From positions 3,005-67,004 of the forward strand of contig CAZAPM010000010.1 in NCBI GenBank assembly GCA_964487475.1: a stretch of 64,000 bases of DNA, read 5' to 3'. Source of the DNA: an uncultured Planctomycetales bacterium (GTDB lineage: Bacteria > Omnitrophota > Gorgyraeia > Gygaellales > Profunditerraquicolaceae). This document shows positions 18,076 through 27,747 of the stretch, one piece after another (the stretch's first letter is position 1; each line of letters starts with the position of its first letter). The notes under the pieces were generated by a model. It saw nothing but the letters and a program-made list of their open reading frames with translations. It was not told the origin of the DNA and searched no databases. The translations under genes and the position numbers were made by a program.

Positions 18076-18483
18076 GTGCGCACCAGGGTGTATTATCATG
18101 ATACCGATTGCGGGGGAGTGGTCTATTACTCCAATTACCTTAAATATATAGAAGAGGCGCGCACGGAGTATTTCGAGTCCCGGGGGCTCTCCCTTAAAAA
18201 ACTGGCTGAAGAAGGGACCCTTTTCGTGGTCGCGCGCCAGGAAGTGGATTATAAGTCTCCCGCGGTGTACGGGGATGTGCTGGATGTGGAGACCGCGTTT
18301 ACGGAGATCGGTACCGTGAAGATGGTCAGCGAGCACCGGATCACCAATCAGGACGGCAAAGTGGTGGTGCTGGCCAAGACCATCATGGTGTGCGTGGGCC
18401 CGGATATCCGGCCCAAGGCAATCCCGGATGCGTTGCGTAGCGTGCTTTCCGGCGCGGCTCGTCAGGGTCCGTCTGCAGGTTAA
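18076..18483 (+). CDS. hotdog-fold acyl-CoA thioesterase (YbgC/4HBT family)
   Basis: VYYHDTDCGGVVYYSNYLKY is the classic 4HBT N-terminus. GTG start. Confidence 0.7.
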   Translation: MRTRVYYHDTDCGGVVYYSNYLKYIEEARTEYFESRGLSLKKLAEEGTLFVVARQEVDYKSPAVYGDVLDVETAFTEIGTVKMVSEHRITNQDGKVVVLAKTIMVCVGPDIRPKAIPDALRSVLSGAARQGPSAG

Positions 18484-18497
18484 GGAGGGTTCACCAG

Positions 18498-19379
18498 ATG
18501 TTTACTTATCTCGCCATCGGTTTCGCGCTGCTCGGGGTAGCGATCATCCTGTTCGGTCTTTTCCTGTCCAAAGGTTCCAACGTTTCGCGTGCGGCGATGG
18601 ATGAAAGCACCGGGGTGATGGGGAAATCCGAGCCGGAGGGCGGGCTGGTGACAGTGCTTTCGCAGCGTATCGAAGCGCTGCAGAAGGAGAACGAGGTGGC
18701 GCTGCAGAGGCAGCAGGAAGCGCTGCGCTTGCTGGAGCAGGAGCGGGCCAAGAGCGCACAGCTGCAGGAGACCGTTTCCAAAGGCAGCGCGGAGCAGGGG
18801 GAGAGGGTATCCAAGTTGCTGGAAGAGGCGAAAGCCGAAGTCGCTTCCTGGAAGGAAAAGGTAGCGAATAAGGAAAAGGCCCTGGAGCGCGCGGCGTCCC
18901 TTAATGCCGATCTGAGCCGGGAATTGAGCGAGAAGACCGAGGCGTTCACCACACTGGAAGCCAGGAATAAAGCTCTGGAAGCGCAGGTCACGGAAGTGGA
19001 GACCGTGTTAGGGGACGCGAAATCCCAGGCCGCTGAGCTCGATACCGTGCTGCAGGAGATCAAGAAGAGATCCCAGGAGCCGGTCGTCGATACCAAGGCG
19101 GTCGAGGCGCTGCAGGCGCAGCTGAAAAAATCCCAGGAAGACGTGAAGCAGCTGGAAGAGGAGAAGAAGTCGCTCGCTACTTCACTTACCGAAATGAAGA
19201 AGCGTTTTGAATCCAAAGCGCAGGAGGCGGCAAAGGCCCAGGAGCTCGCCGCCGCGGCAAAGCAGGAAGCCGCCAAGGCCCCGGCCGTCAACTCCGTGCC
19301 CGAAGAGGAGTACCTGCGCATCAAGGAGAAGCTGGAAGCCGCAGAAAAGGTGCTGCGCATCATCCACGGCGCAGGGTAA
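18498..19379 (+). CDS. membrane-anchored coiled-coil protein
   Basis: N-terminal TM (IGFALLGVAIILFGLFL), then about 250 aa of heptad-rich E/K/A/Q sequence. Confidence 0.55.
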   Translation: MFTYLAIGFALLGVAIILFGLFLSKGSNVSRAAMDESTGVMGKSEPEGGLVTVLSQRIEALQKENEVALQRQQEALRLLEQERAKSAQLQETVSKGSAEQGERVSKLLEEAKAEVASWKEKVANKEKALERAASLNADLSRELSEKTEAFTTLEARNKALEAQVTEVETVLGDAKSQAAELDTVLQEIKKRSQEPVVDTKAVEALQAQLKKSQEDVKQLEEEKKSLATSLTEMKKRFESKAQEAAKAQELAAAAKQEAAKAPAVNSVPEEEYLRIKEKLEAAEKVLRIIHGAG

Positions 19380-19478
19380 TCCCTCCCGCAGAGTCTTTCC
19401 GCACAGATTTATCTTGACGAGCCCCTGGTGGCGTGGTATAGTCATCGCAATTTTCTTATCCTAAAGGAGGAAGTGCAA

Positions 19479-21584
19479 ATGGGTAATTTCGATCTGTTGG
19501 TGTTGGCGCCGGTAGGGTCTATCGTGGCGCTGGGATTCGCGTTTCTGTACCTGGTGCCTTTTATCATGAGGCAGGACCAGGGAAACGACCGCATGAAAGA
19601 GATCGCGGCAGCCGTGAAGGTCGGCGCGATGGCGTACCTGAAGCGCCAGTACATTGGCGTGGCAGCGTATTTCCTGGTGACCTTCCTCATCCTTCTGGCC
19701 ATGGCCTTCAAGGGGTATCTGGTCATGTTCGTGCCGTTTGCCTTCCTGACCGGCGGTTTCTTCTCCGGCCTGGCTGGTTTCATCGGCATGATGGTGGCGA
19801 CCTCCTCCTCCAACCGCACCGCGGCCGCGGCGCAGAAAAGCCTGAACGCGGGTCTGCGCGTGGCATTTTCCGGTGGCGCGGTCATGGGGCTGACCGTGGT
19901 CGGCCTCGGGCTGCTCGATTTAAGCATCTGGTATTATCTGCTGGACTGGTATTATACGGGACATCCTACCCCGATGGGTATAGATAAGATCGCCGCCATC
20001 ACCTCGACCATGCTCTGCTTCGGTATGGGCGCGAGCTCGCAGGCGTTGTTCGCCCGCGTCGGCGGAGGCATCTTCACCAAGGCCGCGGACGTCGGCGCTG
20101 ACCTGGTGGGTAAGGTGGAAGCCGGTATTCCCGAGGATGACCCGAGGAACCCCGCGGTCATCGCGGATAACGTGGGTGATAACGTCGGAGACGTCGCAGG
20201 CATGGGAGCCGACCTTTACGAATCGTATGTCGGATCCATCGTCGCCACTTCTGCGCTGGGTGTGGCGGCCGGGCTCGGGGTGAAGGGTGTCACCGTTCCC
20301 CTGGTCATGGCGGCAGTAGGCGTGGTGGCTTCCATCATCGGTACCTTCTTCGTGAAGAGCCGGGAAGAGGCCAGCCAGTCCGTGCTGTTGGCGGCGCTGC
20401 GCAAGGGCGTGTTCGTCAGCTCATTGATCGTGGCGGTCATCTCCTTCTTCCTGGTCAAATATACCCTGGGGATGGAGCATATCGGCGTGTACTGGTCAGT
20501 GATCGCGGGCCTGGTGGCCGGCGTGCTGATAGGTCTGGTGACCGAGTACTACACCTCCAGCGGGTTCAAGCCGACCAAGTTCATCGCCGAGCAGGCGGTG
20601 ACCGGTCCGGCGACCGTGATCATCGGCGGCCTGGCAGTAGGGATGATGTCTACCGCCCTTCCCGTGATCATCGTCGGTATCGCCATCATGTTGAGCTTCT
20701 ATCTCTCCGGCGGGGCTACGAATTTCAACGCCGGTCTCTATGGTATCGCCATCTCCGCGGTGGGCATGCTCTCTACGCTGGGTATTACCCTGGCGACGGA
20801 TGCATACGGCCCGATCGCGGATAACGCCGGCGGAAACGCCGAGATGTCCCATCTTCCTCCGGAAGTGCGCAAGCGCACCGATGCCCTGGATTCCCTGGGC
20901 AACACCACTGCCGCGACCGGCAAGGGGTTTGCCATCGGTTCCGCCGCATTGACCGCGCTGGCGCTCATTGCCGCGTATAAGGAGGAGCTGGTGCGTTACG
21001 GCGCGGATATGACGGGAAGCATTATGAACCCGACCGTGCTGGTGGGGCTTTTTATCGGCGGAATGCTTCCGTTCCTGTTCTGCTCCATGACCATGAGGGC
21101 GGTAGGACGTGCTGCCGGTAAGATCGTGGTTGAGGTCCGCCGTCAGTTCAAAGAGATCGCAGGTTTAATGGAAGGCAAGGCCAAGCCGGACTATGCCCGT
21201 GCCGTGGATATCGCTACTTCCGCCGCTCAGATGGAGATGATCGCTCCTTCTTTGCTGGCGATCATGGCTCCTATCGTGATCGGGATCGCGATGGGCGTGG
21301 AAGCGGTGGGCGGATTGCTTACCGGTTCCCTGGTTTCCGGCTTCGTGCTGGCGGTGATGATGGCGAATTCAGGCGGCGCCTGGGATAACGCCAAGAAATA
21401 TATCGAGGAAGGTCACCACGGCGGTAAAGGTTCGCCTGCGCATAAGGCGGGAGTGGTGGGGGATACGGTCGGCGATCCCTTCAAGGATACCTCCGGACCG
21501 AGCTTGAACATCCTGATCAAGCTCATGTCCATGGTGTCGATCGTGTTCGCGTCCTTCATCGTCAAGAACGCGTTCATCAAGTAA
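19479..21584 (+). CDS. hppA: membrane-bound H+/Na+-translocating pyrophosphatase
   Basis: [23 protein letters not shown] signature, multiple TM segments, about 700 aa. RBS AAGGAGG 9 nt upstream of ATG 19479. Confidence 0.9.
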   Translation: MGNFDLLVLAPVGSIVALGFAFLYLVPFIMRQDQGNDRMKEIAAAVKVGAMAYLKRQYIGVAAYFLVTFLILLAMAFKGYLVMFVPFAFLTGGFFSGLAGFIGMMVATSSSNRTAAAAQKSLNAGLRVAFSGGAVMGLTVVGLGLLDLSIWYYLLDWYYTGHPTPMGIDKIAAITSTMLCFGMGASSQALFARVGGGIFTKAADVGADLVGKVEAGIPEDDPRNPAVIADNVGDNVGDVAGMGADLYESYVGSIVATSALGVAAGLGVKGVTVPLVMAAVGVVASIIGTFFVKSREEASQSVLLAALRKGVFVSSLIVAVISFFLVKYTLGMEHIGVYWSVIAGLVAGVLIGLVTEYYTSSGFKPTKFIAEQAVTGPATVIIGGLAVGMMSTALPVIIVGIAIMLSFYLSGGATNFNAGLYGIAISAVGMLSTLGITLATDAYGPIADNAGGNAEMSHLPPEVRKRTDALDSLGNTTAATGKGFAIGSAALTALALIAAYKEELVRYGADMTGSIMNPTVLVGLFIGGMLPFLFCSMTMRAVGRAAGKIVVEVRRQFKEIAGLMEGKAKPDYARAVDIATSAAQMEMIAPSLLAIMAPIVIGIAMGVEAVGGLLTGSLVSGFVLAVMMANSGGAWDNAKKYIEEGHHGGKGSPAHKAGVVGDTVGDPFKDTSGPSLNILIKLMSMVSIVFASFIVKNAFIK

Positions 21585-21611
21585 TACCGATATAAGGAAA
21601 CCGTAACCATA

Positions 21612-21655
21612 AGAGCGCTCCGGGATCCGTCCCGGGGCGCTCTTTTTTGTGTTTT
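21612..21655 (+). terminator. rho-independent terminator after hppA
   Basis: GAGCGCTCCGGGATCCGTCCCGGGGCGCTC hairpin followed by TTTTTTGTGTTTTT. Confidence 0.7.
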
Positions 21656-21685
21656 TCCCCTTTAAAATACGATATAATAACCGGT

Positions 21686-22288
21686 ATGGACGACCTGGAG
21701 CTGATCAGGCGGTGCGCACAGGGCGACCAGGAAAGCCGTCAGCTGCTGGTGCGCACTTATTCTCCGGTAGTGGTAAGCGCGATAAGGTATACTTTTTCGC
21801 TGTATGCCGCGCAGCTGTGTTCCCGCCAGGATGTGCTGCAGGACCTCTGCCACGAGATATTCCTCAAGCTTTTCGACCAAGGGTGTAAAAGGCTGCTGAC
21901 CTTTACCGGCGCGTACGGCGCCAGCCTTTCCGGGTGGCTGCGCCATGTGGCGGCGAACCGGGCCGTTGACCATCTGCGCCGCATGCGGCCGCACCTTTCC
22001 CTGGACCAGGCGATAGGGGAAGGGTTTACCGTGGCCGATCTGATACCTGATCCGCAGGAATCAGTGCTTACGGCGGCGGAGCGCCTTGAGGAGCGGCAGC
22101 AATTGGCCGAGTGTATCGCGCAGCTGGATACTCTTTCCTTGTTCATCATCCGGGCGAACGTATTCGCCGGGGTGTGCGCCAGGGAGCTGGCGCTTCTGCT
22201 GGGCATATCCCGCGGCGCGTTCGATATGCGTAAATCGCGGATCATGGAAAAGCTGCGGGAGTGTTTCCGGAAGAAAGGTTTTCTGTGA
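21686..22288 (+). CDS. ECF-type RNA polymerase sigma factor (sigma-70 family)
   Basis: About 200 aa. Region 2 (LLVRTYSPVVVSAIRYTF...DLCHEIFLKLF) and region 4 HTH (ARELALLLGISRGAFDMRKSRIMEKLR). GATATAAT -10-like sequence upstream. Confidence 0.75.
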   Translation: MDDLELIRRCAQGDQESRQLLVRTYSPVVVSAIRYTFSLYAAQLCSRQDVLQDLCHEIFLKLFDQGCKRLLTFTGAYGASLSGWLRHVAANRAVDHLRRMRPHLSLDQAIGEGFTVADLIPDPQESVLTAAERLEERQQLAECIAQLDTLSLFIIRANVFAGVCARELALLLGISRGAFDMRKSRIMEKLRECFRKKGFL

Positions 22289-22327
22289 GCGCAGGCGTTG
22301 CGGTGCGTCTTAAGGGTGAGGTGGATC

Positions 22328-23050
22328 ATGGAAGATAAAAAATTCGCGGGGGTGCTGAAAAGGGCGGTTTCCTCCTGGCAGGAGGGGTTGGGTGCGCGCG
22401 CAGCGTCGCATCCTCCGGAGGAGCTCGTTGCCGCGTTCGCCGAAGGCAGGCTTCAGGGGAAGGATATGACCGAGGTCATGGCGCATCTTTGCGTGTGCGA
22501 CCTTTGCCTGGCGGGATATGCCGCAGCCCAGGGGGCCATTCATGAGCCTTTGGTCCAGGTCCCGGAAGCGCTCCGGCAGCGCCTGGATGCGCTGGCGAGG
22601 GACCCCTCTGCCGCAGGATTCGTGCCCAAGGCGTTCCATATTGCCATACTGCTCAAGGAAAAAGCCTTCGAGCTCCTTTCTGCGACGGGTGATGTGCTCG
22701 TGGGCCAGGAGTATGTGCCCGGTGCGCTGGTGCGCGGCAAGCATCAGGGGGATTTTCCCGATACGCTGGTGGTGGTCAAGGATATGGAGCGGGTACGCAT
22801 GAGCATTAAGTGCGAGGTGCGGGGCGGCAAAGACCTGGCGTTGACCGTGGAGGTCACCGAAAAAGAGACTGCCAGGCCCTGCGCGCACGCCCGCATCAGC
22901 CTGTGGCGTGAAGGGGTCGAGCTGGAGTCTCTGGCCTCGGACCGGGGTGCGGTGTCATTCGAGCATGTGGGCGCGGCACGGTATAATGTGCGTGCTGAGG
23001 CTCCTGCGGGTACCCTGGCAGGGGAAGTGTCTTTGGAGATCAGGGAGTGA
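22328..23050 (+). CDS. putative ZAS-type anti-sigma factor (HxxxCxxC)
   Basis: Immediately downstream of the ECF sigma. HLCVCDLC zinc-binding anti-sigma motif near the N-terminus. No TM. RBS GGGTGAGG. Confidence 0.55.
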   Translation: MEDKKFAGVLKRAVSSWQEGLGARAASHPPEELVAAFAEGRLQGKDMTEVMAHLCVCDLCLAGYAAAQGAIHEPLVQVPEALRQRLDALARDPSAAGFVPKAFHIAILLKEKAFELLSATGDVLVGQEYVPGALVRGKHQGDFPDTLVVVKDMERVRMSIKCEVRGGKDLALTVEVTEKETARPCAHARISLWREGVELESLASDRGAVSFEHVGAARYNVRAEAPAGTLAGEVSLEIRE

Positions 23051-25275
23051 GCATGCCGGGAAAAGACTCCGTATCCCGTCCGATGGTCTTGGAGGTGCTT
23101 TCCCAGGACCCCCGGCTGGCGATGAGCCTTTTCTTCCAGGATGAGTCGGGGCATACCGTGCGTTACTACCACCAGCGGCTGGTCGATCCCCGGCAGATGG
23201 AAAGTCTGAGCCGCGAAGTGACCGGCATCCTTTATAAATCCTACCTCGTCGGACCCCGTCAGGAGCACATCCAGAATTCCCTCAAGAAGGTCGGGCAGAT
23301 GATGTGGGACCATTTCCTTGCCCGGCAGGTGAAAGAGGAGCTGCTCGCGCAATCCGGGGGAGAGCTTTCCCTGGTGATCGACGAATCCCTGGTGCGGGTG
23401 CCCTGGGAGCTGATGTATGACGGGCAGGATTTTTTGTGCGTGAAATTCAGCGTAGGCCGGCTGGTGCGGGCTTCCCGCCAGGCCGAAGCGATCCGTTACC
23501 GGCAGATGCATACCTCTGCCCGTATGCTGGTGATCGCCAATCCGACCGGAGGGCTTCCCGCCGCGTACCAGGAAGGGGTGTGCATCCGTGATCAGCTCGA
23601 CGGCAAGCGCCGGGATATTTCCGTGGACCTGCGGGCGGAGGAGGCGGACAGTCTGTACCTGAAAAAGAACCTGCGCGACTATGATATCGTGCATTTTGCC
23701 GGGCACTGCGAATACGACACCACCCAGCCGCACCGCGCCGGATGGGCCTTGAAGGACGGACTGCTTAATTTCCAGGATGTGCTGATGATGGGGGAGGGCC
23801 GGACGGCGATGCCCTCGATCGTTTTCTCCAACGCCTGCCAGTCCGCGCAGGTGATGGAAACCGGGCCGGCGGCATTCGACCAGCAGCACCGCACCTACAG
23901 TTTCGCCTCCAGTTTCCTTTTTGCGGGAGTGCGGCATTATATCGGTACGGTCGGTAAGGTGGATGACCGGGCGAGTCTGAGTTTTGCCCTGGCGTTCTAC
24001 AAGGCGCTGGCCAAGGGAAAGGCTACCGGTGAATGCGTGCGGCAGGCGCGCATATCACTGATGCGCGAATACGGGACCGCCAATCTTGCCTGGGCCCAGT
24101 ACCTGATGTACGGCGATCCCGGCCATGTCCTCATCAAGAAGCTTCCTCCCAAAAAGAAACTGGCGCGTCATTTATCCGCTCCTCCGGGCTGGATGAAGAA
24201 AGCCGGGGTGGCGGCGGCAGCGGCGGCGGTGTTCGTGGCGGTCGCGGGATCGGTGCTGGCGCTCCGGCCGCAGGAGAGGATCCTTCTGGTAAGGGCGAAG
24301 ACATACCTTTCCCAGGGGAATAATCAGGAGGCGGTGGCGGCAGCGGAGATGATCACCGCCAGGCGGGCGGGGGCTCTGGCCGCGTATCCGGTGCTCTTCG
24401 AAGGGTATGTCCGGCTGGGGAAGAAGGAAAAGGCGCGGCAGGCGCTCATGGCCTATGCGCTGTTAAGCGAAAAACACCGCGCGTACGAGAACCTGGCAGA
24501 TGCCTATATCTCCCTGGGGTGGTTCCATTACCTGGGAGGAGAGTACGAGAAAGCCATGGCTTTCTATGAAAAAGCGTTATCCGTATCCCGGCAGCAGCAG
24601 GACCTCCTGCATGAGGCGGTCGCCCTGCGGCGCATGGCGGTATGGCACATCGATAAGGGGGATAACGGCAGGGCGCTGGAACTGCTTTCCCGAAGTGTGG
24701 AGATCCATTCCCGTTTCGCCAATGATCCGGAGCATCAGTATCACATGGCGTGCGCGTATTTCGACATGGGGCTGGTGTTCATCAATAAGAACGAATTCGA
24801 GGTCGCCAGGCAGTTCTACCGCAAGAGCGCGGAAGGTTTCCAGAAGTTGAAGCGGGACAACGAGCTCAGCGATTATTACTTCAATCTGGGGGAGATTTTC
24901 CTCTTCGAGAAGCAGTACCAAAAGGCGAAGGAGCATTATGCCGAGGGTTTGCGCATCGACCTGCTGCATGATAACCGGGCGAACCTGCCTTCCGATTACG
25001 TGATGATCGGGGAGCTGTCCTTTGAGATGGGGGATCTGGTCGAAGCGGAGCGCCATTTCCAGCTTGCGGTGCAGGCAGGCAAGCGGATCGATTCCCCGGC
25101 TGACCTGGCGCAGGCGTACCACGGACTGGGACGGATATACGCGAAAAAAAATCATATCTCCAAGGCTAGAGAGCACTTACGACTAGCGCAGGAACTCTAT
25201 TATTCCCTCGGTTTTCCGGAATATCAGCAGATCAAGGAGGAGTACGCGGGCCTGTCTTCAGCCGGCCGGCCTTGA
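23047..25275 (+). CDS. CHAT-domain (caspase-like) protein with a central TM helix and C-terminal TPR repeats
   Basis: CHAT His/Cys dyad contexts DIVHFAGHCEY and IVFSNACQSAQ. TM KKAGVAAAAAAVFVAVAGSVLAL. About 300 aa of TPR-like repeats. An alternative ATG at 23053 has a better RBS. Confidence 0.7.
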   Translation: MSMPGKDSVSRPMVLEVLSQDPRLAMSLFFQDESGHTVRYYHQRLVDPRQMESLSREVTGILYKSYLVGPRQEHIQNSLKKVGQMMWDHFLARQVKEELLAQSGGELSLVIDESLVRVPWELMYDGQDFLCVKFSVGRLVRASRQAEAIRYRQMHTSARMLVIANPTGGLPAAYQEGVCIRDQLDGKRRDISVDLRAEEADSLYLKKNLRDYDIVHFAGHCEYDTTQPHRAGWALKDGLLNFQDVLMMGEGRTAMPSIVFSNACQSAQVMETGPAAFDQQHRTYSFASSFLFAGVRHYIGTVGKVDDRASLSFALAFYKALAKGKATGECVRQARISLMREYGTANLAWAQYLMYGDPGHVLIKKLPPKKKLARHLSAPPGWMKKAGVAAAAAAVFVAVAGSVLALRPQERILLVRAKTYLSQGNNQEAVAAAEMITARRAGALAAYPVLFEGYVRLGKKEKARQALMAYALLSEKHRAYENLADAYISLGWFHYLGGEYEKAMAFYEKALSVSRQQQDLLHEAVALRRMAVWHIDKGDNGRALELLSRSVEIHSRFANDPEHQYHMACAYFDMGLVFINKNEFEVARQFYRKSAEGFQKLKRDNELSDYYFNLGEIFLFEKQYQKAKEHYAEGLRIDLLHDNRANLPSDYVMIGELSFEMGDLVEAERHFQLAVQAGKRIDSPADLAQAYHGLGRIYAKKNHISKAREHLRLAQELYYSLGFPEYQQIKEEYAGLSSAGRP

Positions 25276-25300
25276 AATCAGTGCACTTTTGTGGTATATT
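25271..25300 (+). promoter_or_regulatory. sigma70-like promoter (TTGAAA-17-TATATT, extended TGTGG)
   Basis: cTTGAAAtcagtgcacttttgtggTATATT lies about 45 nt upstream of the riboswitch aptamer. Confidence 0.5.
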
Positions 25301-25344
25301 CTTTTATGTAATTTGACATTTTGACAATTTGGTAGCTTTACCTA

Positions 25345-25490
25345 CTGACAAAGGCAAACCCGCAGTAATGCGGGGGCGCAAAGCGACAGGTCCTGGAGCG
25401 ATCCAGGACGGCTGCGTTACCAAAGGGGAATTGCACGGTGCCATTGAGCCCCCGGAGCGTAACGTACGCCTTCGGGGGTTTTTTATTGCT
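25345..25490 (+). promoter_or_regulatory. candidate c-di-GMP-I (GEMM) riboswitch with terminator-type expression platform
   Basis: AAAGGCAAACC + CGCA-GUAA-UGCG hairpin + GGGGCGCAAAGC + P2 hairpin GGUCCUGGagcgAUCCAGGAC + GUUACC match GEMM-I conserved blocks. Followed by GAGCCCCCGGAGCGTAACGTACGCCTTCGGGGGTTTTTTATT, then RBS GAAAGGGGG and ATG 25507. Confidence 0.65.
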
Positions 25491-25506
25491 CGAAAGGGGG
25501 TCGACT

Positions 25507-25773
25507 ATGGAGCATACGGAAAAAGAGCAGAAGGTCCGCACGCATCGCGTGATCACCATGCTTGACCGCAAGGAGGTGGAGTTCCTTGATAAACTGGGCA
25601 AGGACGCGCTTTTTTCCACCGGCAGGAAGCTTTCCTATAATGATATCCTGCGCGGGCTGATCGATTTTGCGATGGAGGTGGGGGTCACCGGAGAGAAGGT
25701 CGATTCGGAGAAGGCCCTGAAGGACCAGATGCTCAGGCAACTGGGACAGGCAGGAAGCGGGAATCATAATTAA
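25507..25773 (+). CDS. small hypothetical protein, first gene of the riboswitch-controlled operon
   Basis: 88 aa. RBS GAAAGGGGG. No signal peptide. No recognised domain. Confidence 0.5.
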   Translation: MEHTEKEQKVRTHRVITMLDRKEVEFLDKLGKDALFSTGRKLSYNDILRGLIDFAMEVGVTGEKVDSEKALKDQMLRQLGQAGSGNHN

Positions 25774-25799
25774 CGAGGCAGCAGAACAAGGAGGAAGAG

Positions 25800-26186
25800 A
25801 TGAGGAACAAGTTCATGATGGCGGTGTTGGCGTTATGCATGGCGGTACCGGTAATGGCGTGGGCAGGAGAGAACTTCGAGGCGTTCAACCTGGAAGAGAT
25901 CAATTACGAGAATTCCGCGGTGAACAAGCTGGGACGCGGCCTTATCAATACGGCGACGTTCTGGGTGGAGATCCCCGGCCGGGTGGCGCAGGTCTCTGCC
26001 GAGGAGAATCCGCTTTTGGGCGTGACCCTGGGCGGAGCGGAAGGGACGTTCAACGCCCTGGTGCGCGGCGTATCCGGAGTGTTCGATACGGTCACCTGTG
26101 CGTTCCCTCCGTATGACCAGCCGGTGGTGCTGCCGGAGTACGCGTTGAAGTCCGCGGATCAGCATCTGACGGAGTGGTTGTGGTAA
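25800..26186 (+). CDS. small secreted protein (signal peptide)
   Basis: MRNKFMMAVLALCMAVPVMAWAGE signal peptide. 128 aa. RBS AAGGAGGAAG. Confidence 0.55.
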   Translation: MRNKFMMAVLALCMAVPVMAWAGENFEAFNLEEINYENSAVNKLGRGLINTATFWVEIPGRVAQVSAEENPLLGVTLGGAEGTFNALVRGVSGVFDTVTCAFPPYDQPVVLPEYALKSADQHLTEWLW

Positions 26187-26239
26187 TGCGCATGTGAGAA
26201 AGTGCCGCCTCCTGCGTCTTAGGATGCAGGAGGTGGCAT

Positions 26240-27745
26240 ATGAAAAAAGGATTATTCGTAGCAGCGGTGTGGATGGTGTGTGCGGGCAGGGCCTGGGCAG
26301 GGGAGTATGCCTGGGAGGAACTTTCCGGAGTGCCTTCCTGTTATAGCGTGCAGGAGGATAAGGATTCCAGCCGCAGGGTGCTGGCAGGCGCGGCAGGCGG
26401 GGTGTACCTTTCCGAGGATGCGGGTATTGGCTTCCGTCAGGTTTTGCGGATATCCGGTTCCTCGGATAAGGATATCCGCGTACAGCAGGACCCGTTTGAT
26501 CTGCGGGTGTGGTATGCCGCGACGGGTTCCGGGTTGTACCGGAGCACGGATTCCGGACGGTCTTGGCAGCGTATCTTCAAGGGAGAGGCTGACGGTTCGG
26601 GGCGGGTGAATTCGGCGGGGGTCGTCCCCGGTTTTTTGTATGCGGCGACCGATGCCGGCCTGTTTCTAAGCCGCGACGGAGGCAGGCGATGGCAGCGGGA
26701 AGCGGGGGCCATCGGCACGCTGCCGGTCATTGCGGTCGCGGGATCGCTGGAGGCAGGGACGGCTATTTTGTGGGCGGTGGCCGCAGGGGAATTATACGTC
26801 TGTACCGCTCCCGGAGCAGGATGGTCGTGCGTAAAGCACCGGGAGGAGTCTTCCCCCTGGATCGAGGACCTGGTCCCGGGAAAGGGGCTGGGGGTGTATG
26901 CGGCGACTTCCCGCGGAGTATTCCTGGCAGAGGCGGCAGGGGGGATAAAATTTCAGCGGCTGGCGGTGTACGGACTGTTCTCTTTGGAGATGCGCCGGGT
27001 GTCATTCGATAAGGCGCAGGATACGCTTTATGCGTGCACCGGCTCGTCCGTATTCGTATATGATCGTGAGCGCTGGAAAGAGATAAGTTTCGAACTGCAG
27101 GCGGGGGAGGTACGCGGTATCTCTGCGGCTTCCTCCTTTGCGGTGTATGTCGCGGGGAGCAAGGGGTTGTTCAAGGCGAGCATCGTGCCGGAAACCTTCC
27201 GCGGGGAAATATCCGCGCAGGATCCGGTCCCCGGGATCGGTGAAGTGCAGCAGGCGGCGATCGCGTATGCGCAGGTGGATCCGGAGATGGTGGCGCGATG
27301 GCGAAGGCAGGCATCGGCCAAAGCCTGGATGCCGCAGTTATCCGTATCCTTTGCGCGCAACACCAGCGACCTTTGGCATTGGGAGAGCGGGTCGACCACC
27401 AAAAGCTGCGACGATGCCCTGATGCGGGGTAGGGATTCCCTGGATTGGGACGTGCGCGTAAGCTGGGACCTTGCCGAGGTGGTGTGGAACAAGGACCAGG
27501 CTTCCATCGATGCGCGGGCACGGTTGCTCTCGGACTTACGGGAACATCTGCTCGAAGAGGTGACCAGGCTTTATTATGAGCGCAAGAAGCTGCTGCAGGA
27601 TCCCGGGGGAGCCACCCTGGAGGCCAGGGCGGGAAAGAAGGCGGAGCAGGAGCTTAAGGTCGCTGAACTGACGGCTCTGCTGGACGGATATACCGGAGGA
27701 TTTTTTTCCGGGCGTTCCGTGCAAAAAGGTATCGAAAGGGATTGA
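26240..27745 (+). CDS. secreted BNR/Ycf48-like beta-propeller repeat protein with C-terminal coiled-coil region
   Basis: Signal peptide. Repeated SxDxGxxW motifs (LSEDAGIGF, STDSGRSWQ, SRDGGRRWQ). RBS GGAGG. Confidence 0.6.
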   Translation: MKKGLFVAAVWMVCAGRAWAGEYAWEELSGVPSCYSVQEDKDSSRRVLAGAAGGVYLSEDAGIGFRQVLRISGSSDKDIRVQQDPFDLRVWYAATGSGLYRSTDSGRSWQRIFKGEADGSGRVNSAGVVPGFLYAATDAGLFLSRDGGRRWQREAGAIGTLPVIAVAGSLEAGTAILWAVAAGELYVCTAPGAGWSCVKHREESSPWIEDLVPGKGLGVYAATSRGVFLAEAAGGIKFQRLAVYGLFSLEMRRVSFDKAQDTLYACTGSSVFVYDRERWKEISFELQAGEVRGISAASSFAVYVAGSKGLFKASIVPETFRGEISAQDPVPGIGEVQQAAIAYAQVDPEMVARWRRQASAKAWMPQLSVSFARNTSDLWHWESGSTTKSCDDALMRGRDSLDWDVRVSWDLAEVVWNKDQASIDARARLLSDLREHLLEEVTRLYYERKKLLQDPGGATLEARAGKKAEQELKVAELTALLDGYTGGFFSGRSVQKGIERD

Positions 27746-27747
27746 TC

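Noticed and set aside
22744-23937. 397-aa minus-strand ORF antisense to anti-sigma/CHAT genes
   Set aside because: Antisense to the CHAT-domain gene with a clear His/Cys dyad. Low-complexity R/G/H/P-rich translation.
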